NCBI GenBank assembly: GCA_964529035.1
Contig: CAZGUG010000001.1
Location: 16,886-80,885, forward strand
DNA from: an uncultured Clostridium sp.
GTDB lineage: Bacteria; Bacillota; Clostridia; Ch29
Reading direction: 5' to 3'
DNA: 64,000 bases
Below the pieces are notes generated by a model, which searched no databases, had not been told where the DNA came from, and saw nothing but the letters and a program-made list of their open reading frames with translations. A program made the translations under genes and the position numbers. Of this stretch, positions 1 through 7,615 are shown piece after piece. Within the stretch, counting starts at the first letter, position 1; the number at the start of each line of letters is the position of its first letter.

Positions 1-1
1 C

Positions 2-49
2 GCTGGAGACTACCAGGAAACGAAGACCGGACCTTTTGGAATGAGATAA
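2..49 (+). CDS. 3' end of an unidentified upstream CDS. Frame 2 is open from the window edge to TAA at 47-49. Position is consistent with trmD, but the gene is not identifiable from 16 codons.
   Basis: Open frame ...AGDYQETKTGPFGMR* stops just before a sigma-A-like promoter. Confidence 0.25.
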   Translation, partial: AGDYQETKTGPFGMR

Positions 50-60
50 GCAAAAACAAA

Positions 61-89
61 TTGTGGAATAATCAGCTATGTGCTATAAT
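61..89 (+). promoter_or_regulatory. Sigma-A-type promoter candidate for rplS.
   Basis: TTGTGG (61-66), 17-nt spacer, extended -10 TGcTATAAT (81-89). A ~75-nt leader follows; an L19 autoregulatory leader is possible there. Confidence 0.45.
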
Positions 90-163
90 ACCATGTGGCA
101 TAACGGACGGTCCTCTTCTGCCCGGTGCAGTACGAACGTCTAAGAGGGAAGGAGGTACTAAAT

Positions 164-508
164 ATGGATCTTGTCAAGATGGTGGAAAGCCAACAGATAA
201 AAAAGGATATACCAAAGTTTCAAATAGGTGATACCGTTAGGGTACACGTTAAGATTAAAGAAGGCAACAGGGAAAGGATACAGGTATTCGAAGGTATAGT
301 GATAAAGAGGCAGAACGGCGGTATCAACGAAACCTTTACCGTAAGAAGGGTATCCTATGGAGTAGGGGTGGAAAGGACTTTCCTTTTACATTCTCCAAAG
401 GTGGCGGATATCCAGGTTGTCAGAAAGGGCAGGGTAAGACGTGCAAAACTTTATTATTTAAGGGATAGAATAGGTAAAGCTGCCCGGGTCAAAGAAAGAA
501 GAAGATAA
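164..508 (+). CDS. rplS: 50S ribosomal protein L19.
   Basis: MDLVKMVE...[25 protein letters not shown] is typical L19. GGAGG at 151-155 precedes ATG 164. The ORF-track start at 125 lacks an RBS. Confidence 0.93.
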   Translation: MDLVKMVESQQIKKDIPKFQIGDTVRVHVKIKEGNRERIQVFEGIVIKRQNGGINETFTVRRVSYGVGVERTFLLHSPKVADIQVVRKGRVRRAKLYYLRDRIGKAARVKERRR

Positions 509-513
509 ATATT

Positions 514-546
514 ATGGGACTGCCGGCAGTCCCATAATTTGTTTTG
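514..546 (+). terminator. Intrinsic terminator after rplS.
   Basis: Palindrome ATGGGACTGCC/GGCAGTCCCAT (514-535) followed by AATTTGTTTTG. Confidence 0.65.
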
Positions 547-610
547 ATAAAACCCCGTATAAGAATTTTTAGGTTGAGTAAAGCGCTGTATGAATACTGG
601 AGGGGTACAA

Positions 611-1135
611 ATGACCGAAAGCACCAAGAGTCAGAAAAGAGAATGGATAGAGTCGATAATAATTGCGATAATAATTGCAATTGTGATAAAGGCCTTTGTT
701 TTTGAAACGGTGTTGGTGGACGGGTATTCAATGCTTCCTACCCTCAAGGATAAGGACAGGCTGGCTGTGGTTAAAATAGGCTATTTATTCGGCGTTCCCG
801 AGTACGGGGATATTGTTGTGTTCAAATATCCGGCGGACCCTTCCCTTATTTTCATAAAAAGGGTAATAGGACTGGAGGGGGACAGGGTAGAGATAAAAAA
901 CCAAAGGGTTTATGTTAACGGAGCACAACTGGAGGAACCCTACATAAACGAAAGGCCGGTGGCGGACTTCCCCGAGGTGGTTGTACCTCCGGACACGGTG
1001 TTTGTATTGGGTGATAACAGAAACGACAGCAGGGACAGCAGATTTTCGGATGTGGGTTTTGTACCCCTTGAGAATATCCGCGGAGAGGCGGTGGGCAGGA
1101 TGTGGCCCCTGCCGCCGAAAATAATAAACCGATGA
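611..1135 (+). CDS. lepB: Signal peptidase I.
   Basis: N-terminal TM segment; catalytic Ser in DGYSMLPTL; Lys box IKRVIGLEGD; GDNRNDSRDSR box. GGAGG at 597-601 precedes ATG 611 (ORF-track start 590). Confidence 0.9.
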   Translation: MTESTKSQKREWIESIIIAIIIAIVIKAFVFETVLVDGYSMLPTLKDKDRLAVVKIGYLFGVPEYGDIVVFKYPADPSLIFIKRVIGLEGDRVEIKNQRVYVNGAQLEEPYINERPVADFPEVVVPPDTVFVLGDNRNDSRDSRFSDVGFVPLENIRGEAVGRMWPLPPKIINR

Positions 1136-1147
1136 AAGGATACTGCT

Positions 1148-1990
1148 ATGGAAATTCAATGGTTTCCGGGTCATATGGCGAAAACCCTGAGACAGATAAA
1201 GGAAAATATAAGGCTTGTGGATTTTGTAATTGAGCTGCTGGATGCAAGGATACCTCAAAGCAGTAGCAATCCCGAGCTTGAAAGGATTATTCCGCCCGGA
1301 AAAAGAATTGTCGCGCTTAACAAGTCGGATCTTGCCGATCCCACCATTACAATCCGGTGGATTGACTACTATAAAGATAAATCTGTACCCGCCTTTGCGA
1401 TTGATTCGATAAAAGGAGACGGCATCAGTGAACTGGTGGCCGGAGTTTCCGACCTGGGAGCTGATACAAAGGAGAAATGGCAGCGCCGGGGCAGGAAGCA
1501 AAAGCCCATCAGGGTTATGATAGCGGGCATTCCCAACGTGGGCAAATCTTCACTGATAAACAGGATTGCAAAGAAAAGCGCCGCAAAGACAGGCGGCAGG
1601 CCCGGCGTAACAAGAGGCAGGCAGTGGATAAAACTTACCGGCCAAATAGACCTTTTGGATACCCCCGGGGTATTGTGGCATAAGTTTCAAAGCAGGACAG
1701 AGGGAATAAACCTAGCACTGACAGGGGCTGTCAAAGAGGAAATACTGGACAGTGAAGAACTGGCCGTACATCTTGTAGACAGGTTGAAGGAATGCTGCAA
1801 ACCGGTTCTGGCCGAATACTATGACGTTCCAAACTCGAATGGTGATTCTTATGATGTGTTGCAGCAAATCGGCAGTGCCAGAGGATGCCTTTTAAGGGGT
1901 GGAAAAACCGATACCAAGAGGGCTTCGGTAATACTTTTAAACGATTACAGATCCGGCAGGCTGGGAAGGATATCGCTGGAGTCACCCTGA
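1148..1990 (+). CDS. rbgA: Ribosome biogenesis GTPase A (YlqF/RbgA), a circularly permuted GTPase.
   Basis: NKSDL (G4) precedes GIPNVGKSS (G1), then DTPG. Sits between rplS/lepB and rnhB as in Bacillus. Confidence 0.9.
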   Translation: MEIQWFPGHMAKTLRQIKENIRLVDFVIELLDARIPQSSSNPELERIIPPGKRIVALNKSDLADPTITIRWIDYYKDKSVPAFAIDSIKGDGISELVAGVSDLGADTKEKWQRRGRKQKPIRVMIAGIPNVGKSSLINRIAKKSAAKTGGRPGVTRGRQWIKLTGQIDLLDTPGVLWHKFQSRTEGINLALTGAVKEEILDSEELAVHLVDRLKECCKPVLAEYYDVPNSNGDSYDVLQQIGSARGCLLRGGKTDTKRASVILLNDYRSGRLGRISLESP

Positions 1991-2021
1991 AGCACCTGGG
2001 AGTAAGGTGCTTTTGTTGTTT
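1991..2021 (+). terminator. Intrinsic terminator after rbgA.
   Basis: Stem AGCACC (1991-96) / GGTGCT (2006-11), then TTTTGTTGTTT. Confidence 0.55.
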
Positions 2022-2057
2022 AAATGCAGCTATAGGTTAAGGGGGGGAGGGCAGGTT

Positions 2058-2825
2058 TTGGACCTGAAATTTGAGGAAATCAGGGAGTATACAAAGGGTT
2101 TGGATAAAGAAGAACTGCTCGGGATTATTCCGGATCTTTTGTCGGATAACAGGGCTGTAGTAAGAAATTACGGTAAAAGGCTGGAAAGAAGGGTAAAGAA
2201 AGAGATAAAAGAACTCGAAAGAATCAATAGAATGAAACAGATAGAAAACAGTCTGAAGGAGAAAGGCTTTGTGTGGATTGCCGGGATTGACGAAGCCGGC
2301 AGGGGACCTCTGGCTGGGCCGGTTACCGCCGCTGCGGTTATTCTGCCCGGGGGGTTTAATGTGCCGGGGGTCAACGACTCAAAAAAGTTGTCTTCTCCTA
2401 AAAGGGAGCAGTTATTTGAAAAGATAACAGAGATGGCGGTTGATTACGGTATTGGCATGGTGGACAATAGAGAAATTGACAAAACAAATATCCTTAAGGC
2501 GACATACAGGGCGGCAAAAATGGCGGTGGACGGTCTTGAGCTAAAACCCGACTGCCTGCTGCTGGATGCCATTGCTCTGCCCGACTGCAGGTTGTTTCAA
2601 AAAAGTGTAATCAAAGGGGACGAAAAGTGTCTGTCGGTTGCCGCGGCCAGCATTATTGCAAAAGTGGCCCGGGACAGATATATGGATAATCTGCATAAAA
2701 GCTATCCACAATACAATTTCGACCGGAACAAGGGTTACGGTACCAGGGAGCATATAAGGGCAATAGCAGAACACGGGCCCTGCCCGTTTCACAGGTATTC
2801 CTTTATTAGAAGTATCCGGGGGTAG
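2058..2825 (+). CDS. rnhB: Ribonuclease HII.
   Basis: GIDEAGRGPLAGPV active-site motif. Likely TTG start at 2058, 7 nt after GGGGGGAGG (2041-2050). The ORF track extends upstream to 2007. Confidence 0.88.
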   Translation: MDLKFEEIREYTKGLDKEELLGIIPDLLSDNRAVVRNYGKRLERRVKKEIKELERINRMKQIENSLKEKGFVWIAGIDEAGRGPLAGPVTAAAVILPGGFNVPGVNDSKKLSSPKREQLFEKITEMAVDYGIGMVDNREIDKTNILKATYRAAKMAVDGLELKPDCLLLDAIALPDCRLFQKSVIKGDEKCLSVAAASIIAKVARDRYMDNLHKSYPQYNFDRNKGYGTREHIRAIAEHGPCPFHRYSFIRSIRG

Positions 2826-2830
2826 TTAAA

Positions 2831-4213
2831 ATGGAAATCAGGCCAGCGGCACTGGAACTTTATACAAAAAATTTTGATGAAGTACCGCCTTTAAAGGTGG
2901 GAGATTTAATAAGTGTAAGGATAATGGAAATAAAAGACCGGACGGTTATGCTTTTGATAGACAACAGCATACAAATAAAAACAAGGCTGGACCGTGATTT
3001 GAAACTGCAGCCGGGTCAGGACATGGTGTTACAGGTAAAAAGTATTAAGCCGGACAGAATAGAGCTCTCTATAGCCTTTGTGAAGAACGGAAGACAGAAC
3101 ATATTTAGAGAAATCTTCCCGGAATACGGGATGAAGGCGGATGAAGAAAGCGTATCCACAGCCGAAAAGCTGATCGAGAACGGACTGCCGGTATCGCCCG
3201 ACAGTATCAGGGAAGTACTGAAAGCAGAAAAATCAATCAGGTATCTGGCCGAAAATTCGAGTATCCTTAAAGAATACATGATACCGAAAAATTTGAGTAT
3301 AAAAGAAACAACTCTGGACGAAATTGTTAAATGGATTGTGGACGTTAAGAAAGCGCCGGCACATAAAAATCAGGATTCGGCCAGGGAATCCGTTGAAAGG
3401 GAAAAATTGGGTTTGTTAATTCGGGAATTTGACCGGGTTACGACCGACGATATAGTAAAACTAAAGAAGTTTAGCCCCGATATTAGTCCCCATAACCTGG
3501 TGCTGGCAAAAAACATGAGAGAAAATAAAGGGTTTTTGGAAACACTGTTGAAAATACTTTTTGAAAATGCAAGATTGGAGAGAACAGAAAAAAATGAATA
3601 TAACAAGGCTGCACCTCGGACCAAACAGGAAAGCGCTGTGCAAAACGAGCATAAGGATGGAGCTACGGGCGCAAGGGAATATGGTAACGAAATAAAGCCG
3701 GTAAACGTGTCCGAACTGATAGAAAGGGCTGCAGCCGGGGAAAGGGCGGAAGGACTTGTAAAGTCCACGGACAGTAAGGGACCCAATCCGGTGATAAAGG
3801 CAGCGGCACAGCTTTTAATGGAAAGAACTGCGCTGCTTGATCAGGCGTTTTTAGATCAAAACTGCTGTGTTTTCCCTTTTATATTCCGGGGGGAGGTATA
3901 CGAATGTATAGTGGGTTTTGGAAAGAGAAAGGGTTCTCCAAAGGAGAAGCAGCCGGATGCAGTGGAACTAGATATAGATACACACCTTTCGATACTGGGT
4001 AGGGTAAGGATTCATGTAAAGGTGAGCGGTAATAATGTAACGTGTGTATTTCACGTGCAAAAAGAGGATACGCAAAGGCTGGTTGAGTCCGAAATAGAAA
4101 GGTTAAAACATGGTTTGGAAAATAACGGCTTCAGACTGACCGAAGCGTACTGCAGGAAAATTCCGGATACGGTACAGCAGCCGGCAGAGAAATTTGTCGA
4201 TTTGAGGGTGTAG
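2831..4213 (+). CDS. FliK-like protein with a C-terminal Flg_hook-type domain (hook-length control family); ylqG-position homologue of unknown function.
   Basis: The C-terminal ~70 aa (VELDIDTHLSILGRVRIHVKVSGNNVTCVFHVQKEDTQRLVESEIERLKHGLENNGF) parallel the C-domain of the true FliK in this window ([50 protein letters not shown]). Located directly after rnhB. Confidence 0.7.
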   Translation: MEIRPAALELYTKNFDEVPPLKVGDLISVRIMEIKDRTVMLLIDNSIQIKTRLDRDLKLQPGQDMVLQVKSIKPDRIELSIAFVKNGRQNIFREIFPEYGMKADEESVSTAEKLIENGLPVSPDSIREVLKAEKSIRYLAENSSILKEYMIPKNLSIKETTLDEIVKWIVDVKKAPAHKNQDSARESVEREKLGLLIREFDRVTTDDIVKLKKFSPDISPHNLVLAKNMRENKGFLETLLKILFENARLERTEKNEYNKAAPRTKQESAVQNEHKDGATGAREYGNEIKPVNVSELIERAAAGERAEGLVKSTDSKGPNPVIKAAAQLLMERTALLDQAFLDQNCCVFPFIFRGEVYECIVGFGKRKGSPKEKQPDAVELDIDTHLSILGRVRIHVKVSGNNVTCVFHVQKEDTQRLVESEIERLKHGLENNGFRLTEAYCRKIPDTVQQPAEKFVDLRV

Positions 4214-4215
4214 AA

Positions 4216-4509
4216 ATGGGCAAAAAACGTATTGCCGCAGCTATCGAATATAATGCCGGTGACAGGGCACCCAGAGTATCGGCCTATGGTGAAGGTATGG
4301 TTGCCGACAGGATTCTTGAGATTGCCGCAAAAGCGGGGGTGCCCCGGTACAGTGAAGAAGGACTTGCAAAGAAGCTGGGATGCACAGGCATTGGAAAAGA
4401 AATCCCGCCGGAACTATATGGTATAGTTGCAGAAATCTTATCCTTTATATATTATCTTAACCTTAAAAAAGGGGATGAAAAAAATGACCCCGGACAAAAG
4501 CCTGGGTAA
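4216..4509 (+). CDS. Soluble homologue of the FlhB C-terminal domain (EscU/YscU/FlhB_CC-like; ylqH position).
   Basis: KRIAAAIEYNAGDRAPRVSAYGEGMVADRILEIAAKAGVP...EIPPELYGIVAEILSFIYYLNLKK aligns with the FlhB in this window ([39 protein letters not shown]...VIPPELYQSVAEVLAFVYSMDKK). It has no TM region and begins just after the NP(T/S)H autocleavage position. Confidence 0.8.
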   Translation: MGKKRIAAAIEYNAGDRAPRVSAYGEGMVADRILEIAAKAGVPRYSEEGLAKKLGCTGIGKEIPPELYGIVAEILSFIYYLNLKKGDEKNDPGQKPG

Positions 4510-4858
4510 AATGGGGGAAGATGCGGCAAAAAGATATCTCGAGGGCGCTGGATATGAAATAATCGCAACCAACTACCGGGACAGGCGGGGCGAGATAGAC
4601 CTTATCGGGATTGATGGAGAAGTACTGGCTTTTATAGAAGTTAAAACCAGGAGAAGTACCAAATACGGTACACCCGGTGAGGCGGTGGATACAGAGAAAC
4701 AGCGCAGGATTACAAGAACTGCTGCGGCTTACATGGCAAAGAACAGTACAATTTATCAAAGGATACGATTTGACGTGGTTGAAATCATGGTGCTTGGTAG
4801 AGAAATCAGCCAAATAAGACTGCTTAAGAACGCCTTTGAAGCAACGGATAGGCTTTAA
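4484..4858 (+). CDS. yraN: YraN-family (UPF0102) endonuclease-like protein.
   Basis: GEDAAKRYLEGAGYEIIATNYRDRRGEIDLIG...AFIEVKTRR matches YraN. GGGGA at 4471-75 precedes ATG 4484 (ORF-track start 4427). Overlaps the ylqH-like stop. Confidence 0.85.
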   Translation: MTPDKSLGKMGEDAAKRYLEGAGYEIIATNYRDRRGEIDLIGIDGEVLAFIEVKTRRSTKYGTPGEAVDTEKQRRITRTAAAYMAKNSTIYQRIRFDVVEIMVLGREISQIRLLKNAFEATDRL

Positions 4859-4879
4859 TGACTCGAAAGCTTATCAATC

Positions 4880-4958
4880 GGGGACATTCCGCAGCAAGGA
4901 ATTCTAATGGGGACATTCCTTTACCATAAAGGAATACTGAACATAAAGGTGTGTCCCC
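4880..4958 (+). promoter_or_regulatory. Structured non-coding element in the yraN-comM spacer; function unknown (attenuator or terminator-like).
   Basis: Direct repeat GGGGACATTCC at 4880-4890 and 4909-4919. Inner hairpin ATTCCTTTA-CCA-TAAAGGAAT (4915-4935). Outer stem GGGGACA (4909-15) / TGTCCCC (4952-58), then GTACTTTT. Confidence 0.4.
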
Positions 4959-4972
4959 GTACTTTTAGGTAG

Positions 4973-6502
4973 GTGATTTATGTGCTGTCCAAAATATTCA
5001 GCTGTTGCTTTTTTGGTCTTCAGGGTTATTGCGTTGAAATTGAAACATTTATATCCAGAGGGCTGCCGTCCTGCTCAATAGTGGGACTTCCGGACGCATC
5101 GGTAAACGAATCAAAAGAAAGGGTAAGGTCGGCTATAAAGAATTCCGGGTTTGAGTTTCCACTTAACCGGATAACGGTTAACATGGCACCGGCGGATATA
5201 AGGAAGGAAGGAGCCTTTTATGACCTGCCGATTGCACTGGGGATACTGCTTTCGTCAAAGCAGATTGCTCCTGCTTTCCCCCTGGAAGATACGGCATTTA
5301 TTGGCGAGCTTTCTCTGGGAGGGCAGTTAAAGAGCATTAAGGGCGTGCTTACAATGACGATTTCCCTTAAGGAGATGGGGTTCAAAAGAATAGTGCTGCC
5401 GGCGGACAATGCAGCAGAAGCCCTCATGGTAGATGAAATGGAAGTCTATGGTGTTAAATCCCTTGGGGAAGCGGTTGGACTGCTTCAAAAACCCGACAGT
5501 TTTGTTTGCTGTACCGGCGATGCCAAGCCGGCTGAAAGGGATGATCCCGATGAACGGGGCCTTGACCTGACGGATGTAAAGGGTCAGGAAAATGCAAAAC
5601 GGGCGCTGGAGATAGCCGCCGCCGGCATGCACAATATAATACTGATTGGCCCCCCGGGTTCGGGGAAGACAATGCTTGCAAAGAGACTGCCGACCATCCT
5701 GCCGGACTTGAACACGGAACAGTCGCTGGAAGTGACAAAGATATACAGTATTGCAGGCAAGCTCAAGGGAAAATCGGTTATAAGAAGGCCCCCCTTTAGA
5801 ACGCCCCACCATACAATATCAGCAGCTTCGCTGGTGGGCGGAGGGTTAATTCCGAAACCCGGTGAAATAAGCCTTGCCCATCACGGTGTTTTATACCTGG
5901 ATGAAATACCCGAATTCCCCAAAAGGTCCCTTGAGGCCCTCAGACAGCCTGCCGAAAATGAAACCATAACCGTTGCAAGGATTAATGCGACATTCTCTTT
6001 CCCGGCCAAGTTTCTCCTTGCAGCCAGTGCCAATCCGTGTCCCTGTGGGTATTACGGGGACAATAAAAGGGAATGCAGATGTTCCCCGCGGGATATCAGG
6101 AGGTATTTCGGCAGGATATCCGGCCCGCTGATGGACAGGATCGACCTGCGGGTTGAGGTTTCAAGGATTGGGATGGAGGACCTGGAGAAAAAAAGCAGCG
6201 GACTTACTTCCGTACAGGTAAAAGAGAGAGTAATCTGTGCCAGAAAGCTGCAGTATAAGAGATTGAAAGAAATGGGCAAAATGTACAACTCTCAGCTTTC
6301 AATAAAGGATATAGAAGGGTTTTGCTCGGTAGGGGCAGATGCAATGGATTTTATCAATAATGCATATAAGAATCTGGATTTAAGTGCCAGGGGATATGTT
6401 AAGGTGCTTAAGGTTTCACGAACGATAGCCGACCTTGAGGGCAGAAACAGCGTGGGACTGAAAGATGTGGCCGAAGCACTGCAGTACAGGATTTCCGGTT
6501 AA
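4973..6502 (+). CDS. comM: Mg-chelatase-like AAA+ protein YifB/ComM.
   Basis: N-terminal Lon-like domain (GLPSCSIVGLPDASVNESKERVRSA), Walker A GPPGSGKT, Mg-chelatase C-terminal region. GTG start. Confidence 0.88.
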   Translation: MIYVLSKIFSCCFFGLQGYCVEIETFISRGLPSCSIVGLPDASVNESKERVRSAIKNSGFEFPLNRITVNMAPADIRKEGAFYDLPIALGILLSSKQIAPAFPLEDTAFIGELSLGGQLKSIKGVLTMTISLKEMGFKRIVLPADNAAEALMVDEMEVYGVKSLGEAVGLLQKPDSFVCCTGDAKPAERDDPDERGLDLTDVKGQENAKRALEIAAAGMHNIILIGPPGSGKTMLAKRLPTILPDLNTEQSLEVTKIYSIAGKLKGKSVIRRPPFRTPHHTISAASLVGGGLIPKPGEISLAHHGVLYLDEIPEFPKRSLEALRQPAENETITVARINATFSFPAKFLLAASANPCPCGYYGDNKRECRCSPRDIRRYFGRISGPLMDRIDLRVEVSRIGMEDLEKKSSGLTSVQVKERVICARKLQYKRLKEMGKMYNSQLSIKDIEGFCSVGADAMDFINNAYKNLDLSARGYVKVLKVSRTIADLEGRNSVGLKDVAEALQYRISG

Positions 6503-6514
6503 GAGGTGAAAAAA

Positions 6515-7615
6515 ATGGAACAGGACAAATATCTTATTTGGCTGACCGGGATTAGGAACCTGGGAAGCAAAAGAATAAACAGGCTTATCGATAGGTTTGG
6601 TTCGGCACAGGCGGTATGGGAAGCATGCCCGGAAGAGCTGAGAAAGGTAAAGGGCGTTGACAGGGAACTTATTAGGCTTATTACTGCAAACCGGAACGAG
6701 GAAAAACTGGCACACTGCATAAATAATCTTGAAAGGCATAATATTTCTACTGTAGCAATTACATCCGAAGACTACCCCGAACTGCTCAGGGAAATATACA
6801 ACCCTCCATATCTCTTGTATGTTAAGGGTGACAAAGGAATAATAAGACAGAACTGCATAGCCATTGTCGGTTCAAGGAATGCTAGCTATTACGGGAAGAA
6901 GGTGGCCTTCAAACTGGCTGAACAGCTTGCAAGGGCGGGCTGTACAGTGGTAAGCGGGCTGGCGAGGGGCATAGACAGTTATGCCCACAAGGGTGCTCTG
7001 GCAGTCGGCGGTCCGACAGCTGCGGTGCTTGGCAACGGCCTCGATATAGTTTACCCGAGGGAAAACTATCAGCTGATGAAGGAAATTTCGGACATCGGTC
7101 TTTTGATTAGCGAATATCCGCCGGGAACCAGCCCCCTTAAAGGGAATTTCCCGGCCAGAAACAGGCTGATAAGCGGGCTGTCGATTGGCGTTGTGGTAGT
7201 GGAGGCTTCCGAAAGAAGCGGAGCCCTTATTACTGCAGATTTTGCCCTTGAGCAGAACCGGGAAGTATTTGCGGTACCGGGCAATATTAACAGTGTAACC
7301 AGTTCAGGAACCAACAGCCTGATAAAACAGGGCGCGAAAATTGTAAACCAGATGGAGGATATTCTGGAGGAGTTTCCGGGAATAGAATTGGATATAAGAC
7401 ATACAAAACCTGATAACGGCGGATTAAAAGAAAACCCCGCTGGGAAAACTGAGAAAAAAGTGATGAGGCTTATCGGGGCGCAGCCGGTTCATATAGAACA
7501 GCTGCTTACCGAAAGCTGCCTTCAAATAAACGAGTTAAATGCCATACTGGCTTTTCTTGAAGTAAAAGGGTTTATAGAAAAGCTGCCGGGCAATTATTAT
7601 GTGACCAAGGAATGA
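6515..7615 (+). CDS. dprA: DNA processing protein A (Smf).
   Basis: IVGSRNASYYGKKVAFKLAEQLARAGCTVVSGLARGIDSYAHKGAL is the Rossmann-like DprA core. AGAGGTG precedes ATG 6515 (ORF-track start GTG 6506). Confidence 0.9.
   Translation: MEQDKYLIWLTGIRNLGSKRINRLIDRFGSAQAVWEACPEELRKVKGVDRELIRLITANRNEEKLAHCINNLERHNISTVAITSEDYPELLREIYNPPYLLYVKGDKGIIRQNCIAIVGSRNASYYGKKVAFKLAEQLARAGCTVVSGLARGIDSYAHKGALAVGGPTAAVLGNGLDIVYPRENYQLMKEISDIGLLISEYPPGTSPLKGNFPARNRLISGLSIGVVVVEASERSGALITADFALEQNREVFAVPGNINSVTSSGTNSLIKQGAKIVNQMEDILEEFPGIELDIRHTKPDNGGLKENPAGKTEKKVMRLIGAQPVHIEQLLTESCLQINELNAILAFLEVKGFIEKLPGNYYVTKE

Noticed and set aside
785-1501. 238-aa minus-strand ORF. Similar long antisense ORFs lie at 5327-5812, 16498-17577, 31400-32092, 35478-35891, 37174-37794, 48812-49372, 52616-53191 and 61159-61695.
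   Set aside because: Each lies entirely antisense to a strongly supported plus-strand gene (lepB/rbgA, comM, fliI, flhA, cheB, cheA, dxr, proS, infB). Their translations are low-complexity (S/P/L/F-rich) with no motifs or RBS. They are shadow ORFs of the codon bias on the opposite strand.
4880-4919. Two copies of GGGGACATTCC; considered as a CRISPR or other repeat array.
   Set aside because: There are only two copies 29 nt apart, no further repeats, no cas genes and no spacer-like unique inserts. It fits an RNA structural element or repeat remnant better (reported as a finding, not as a CRISPR).
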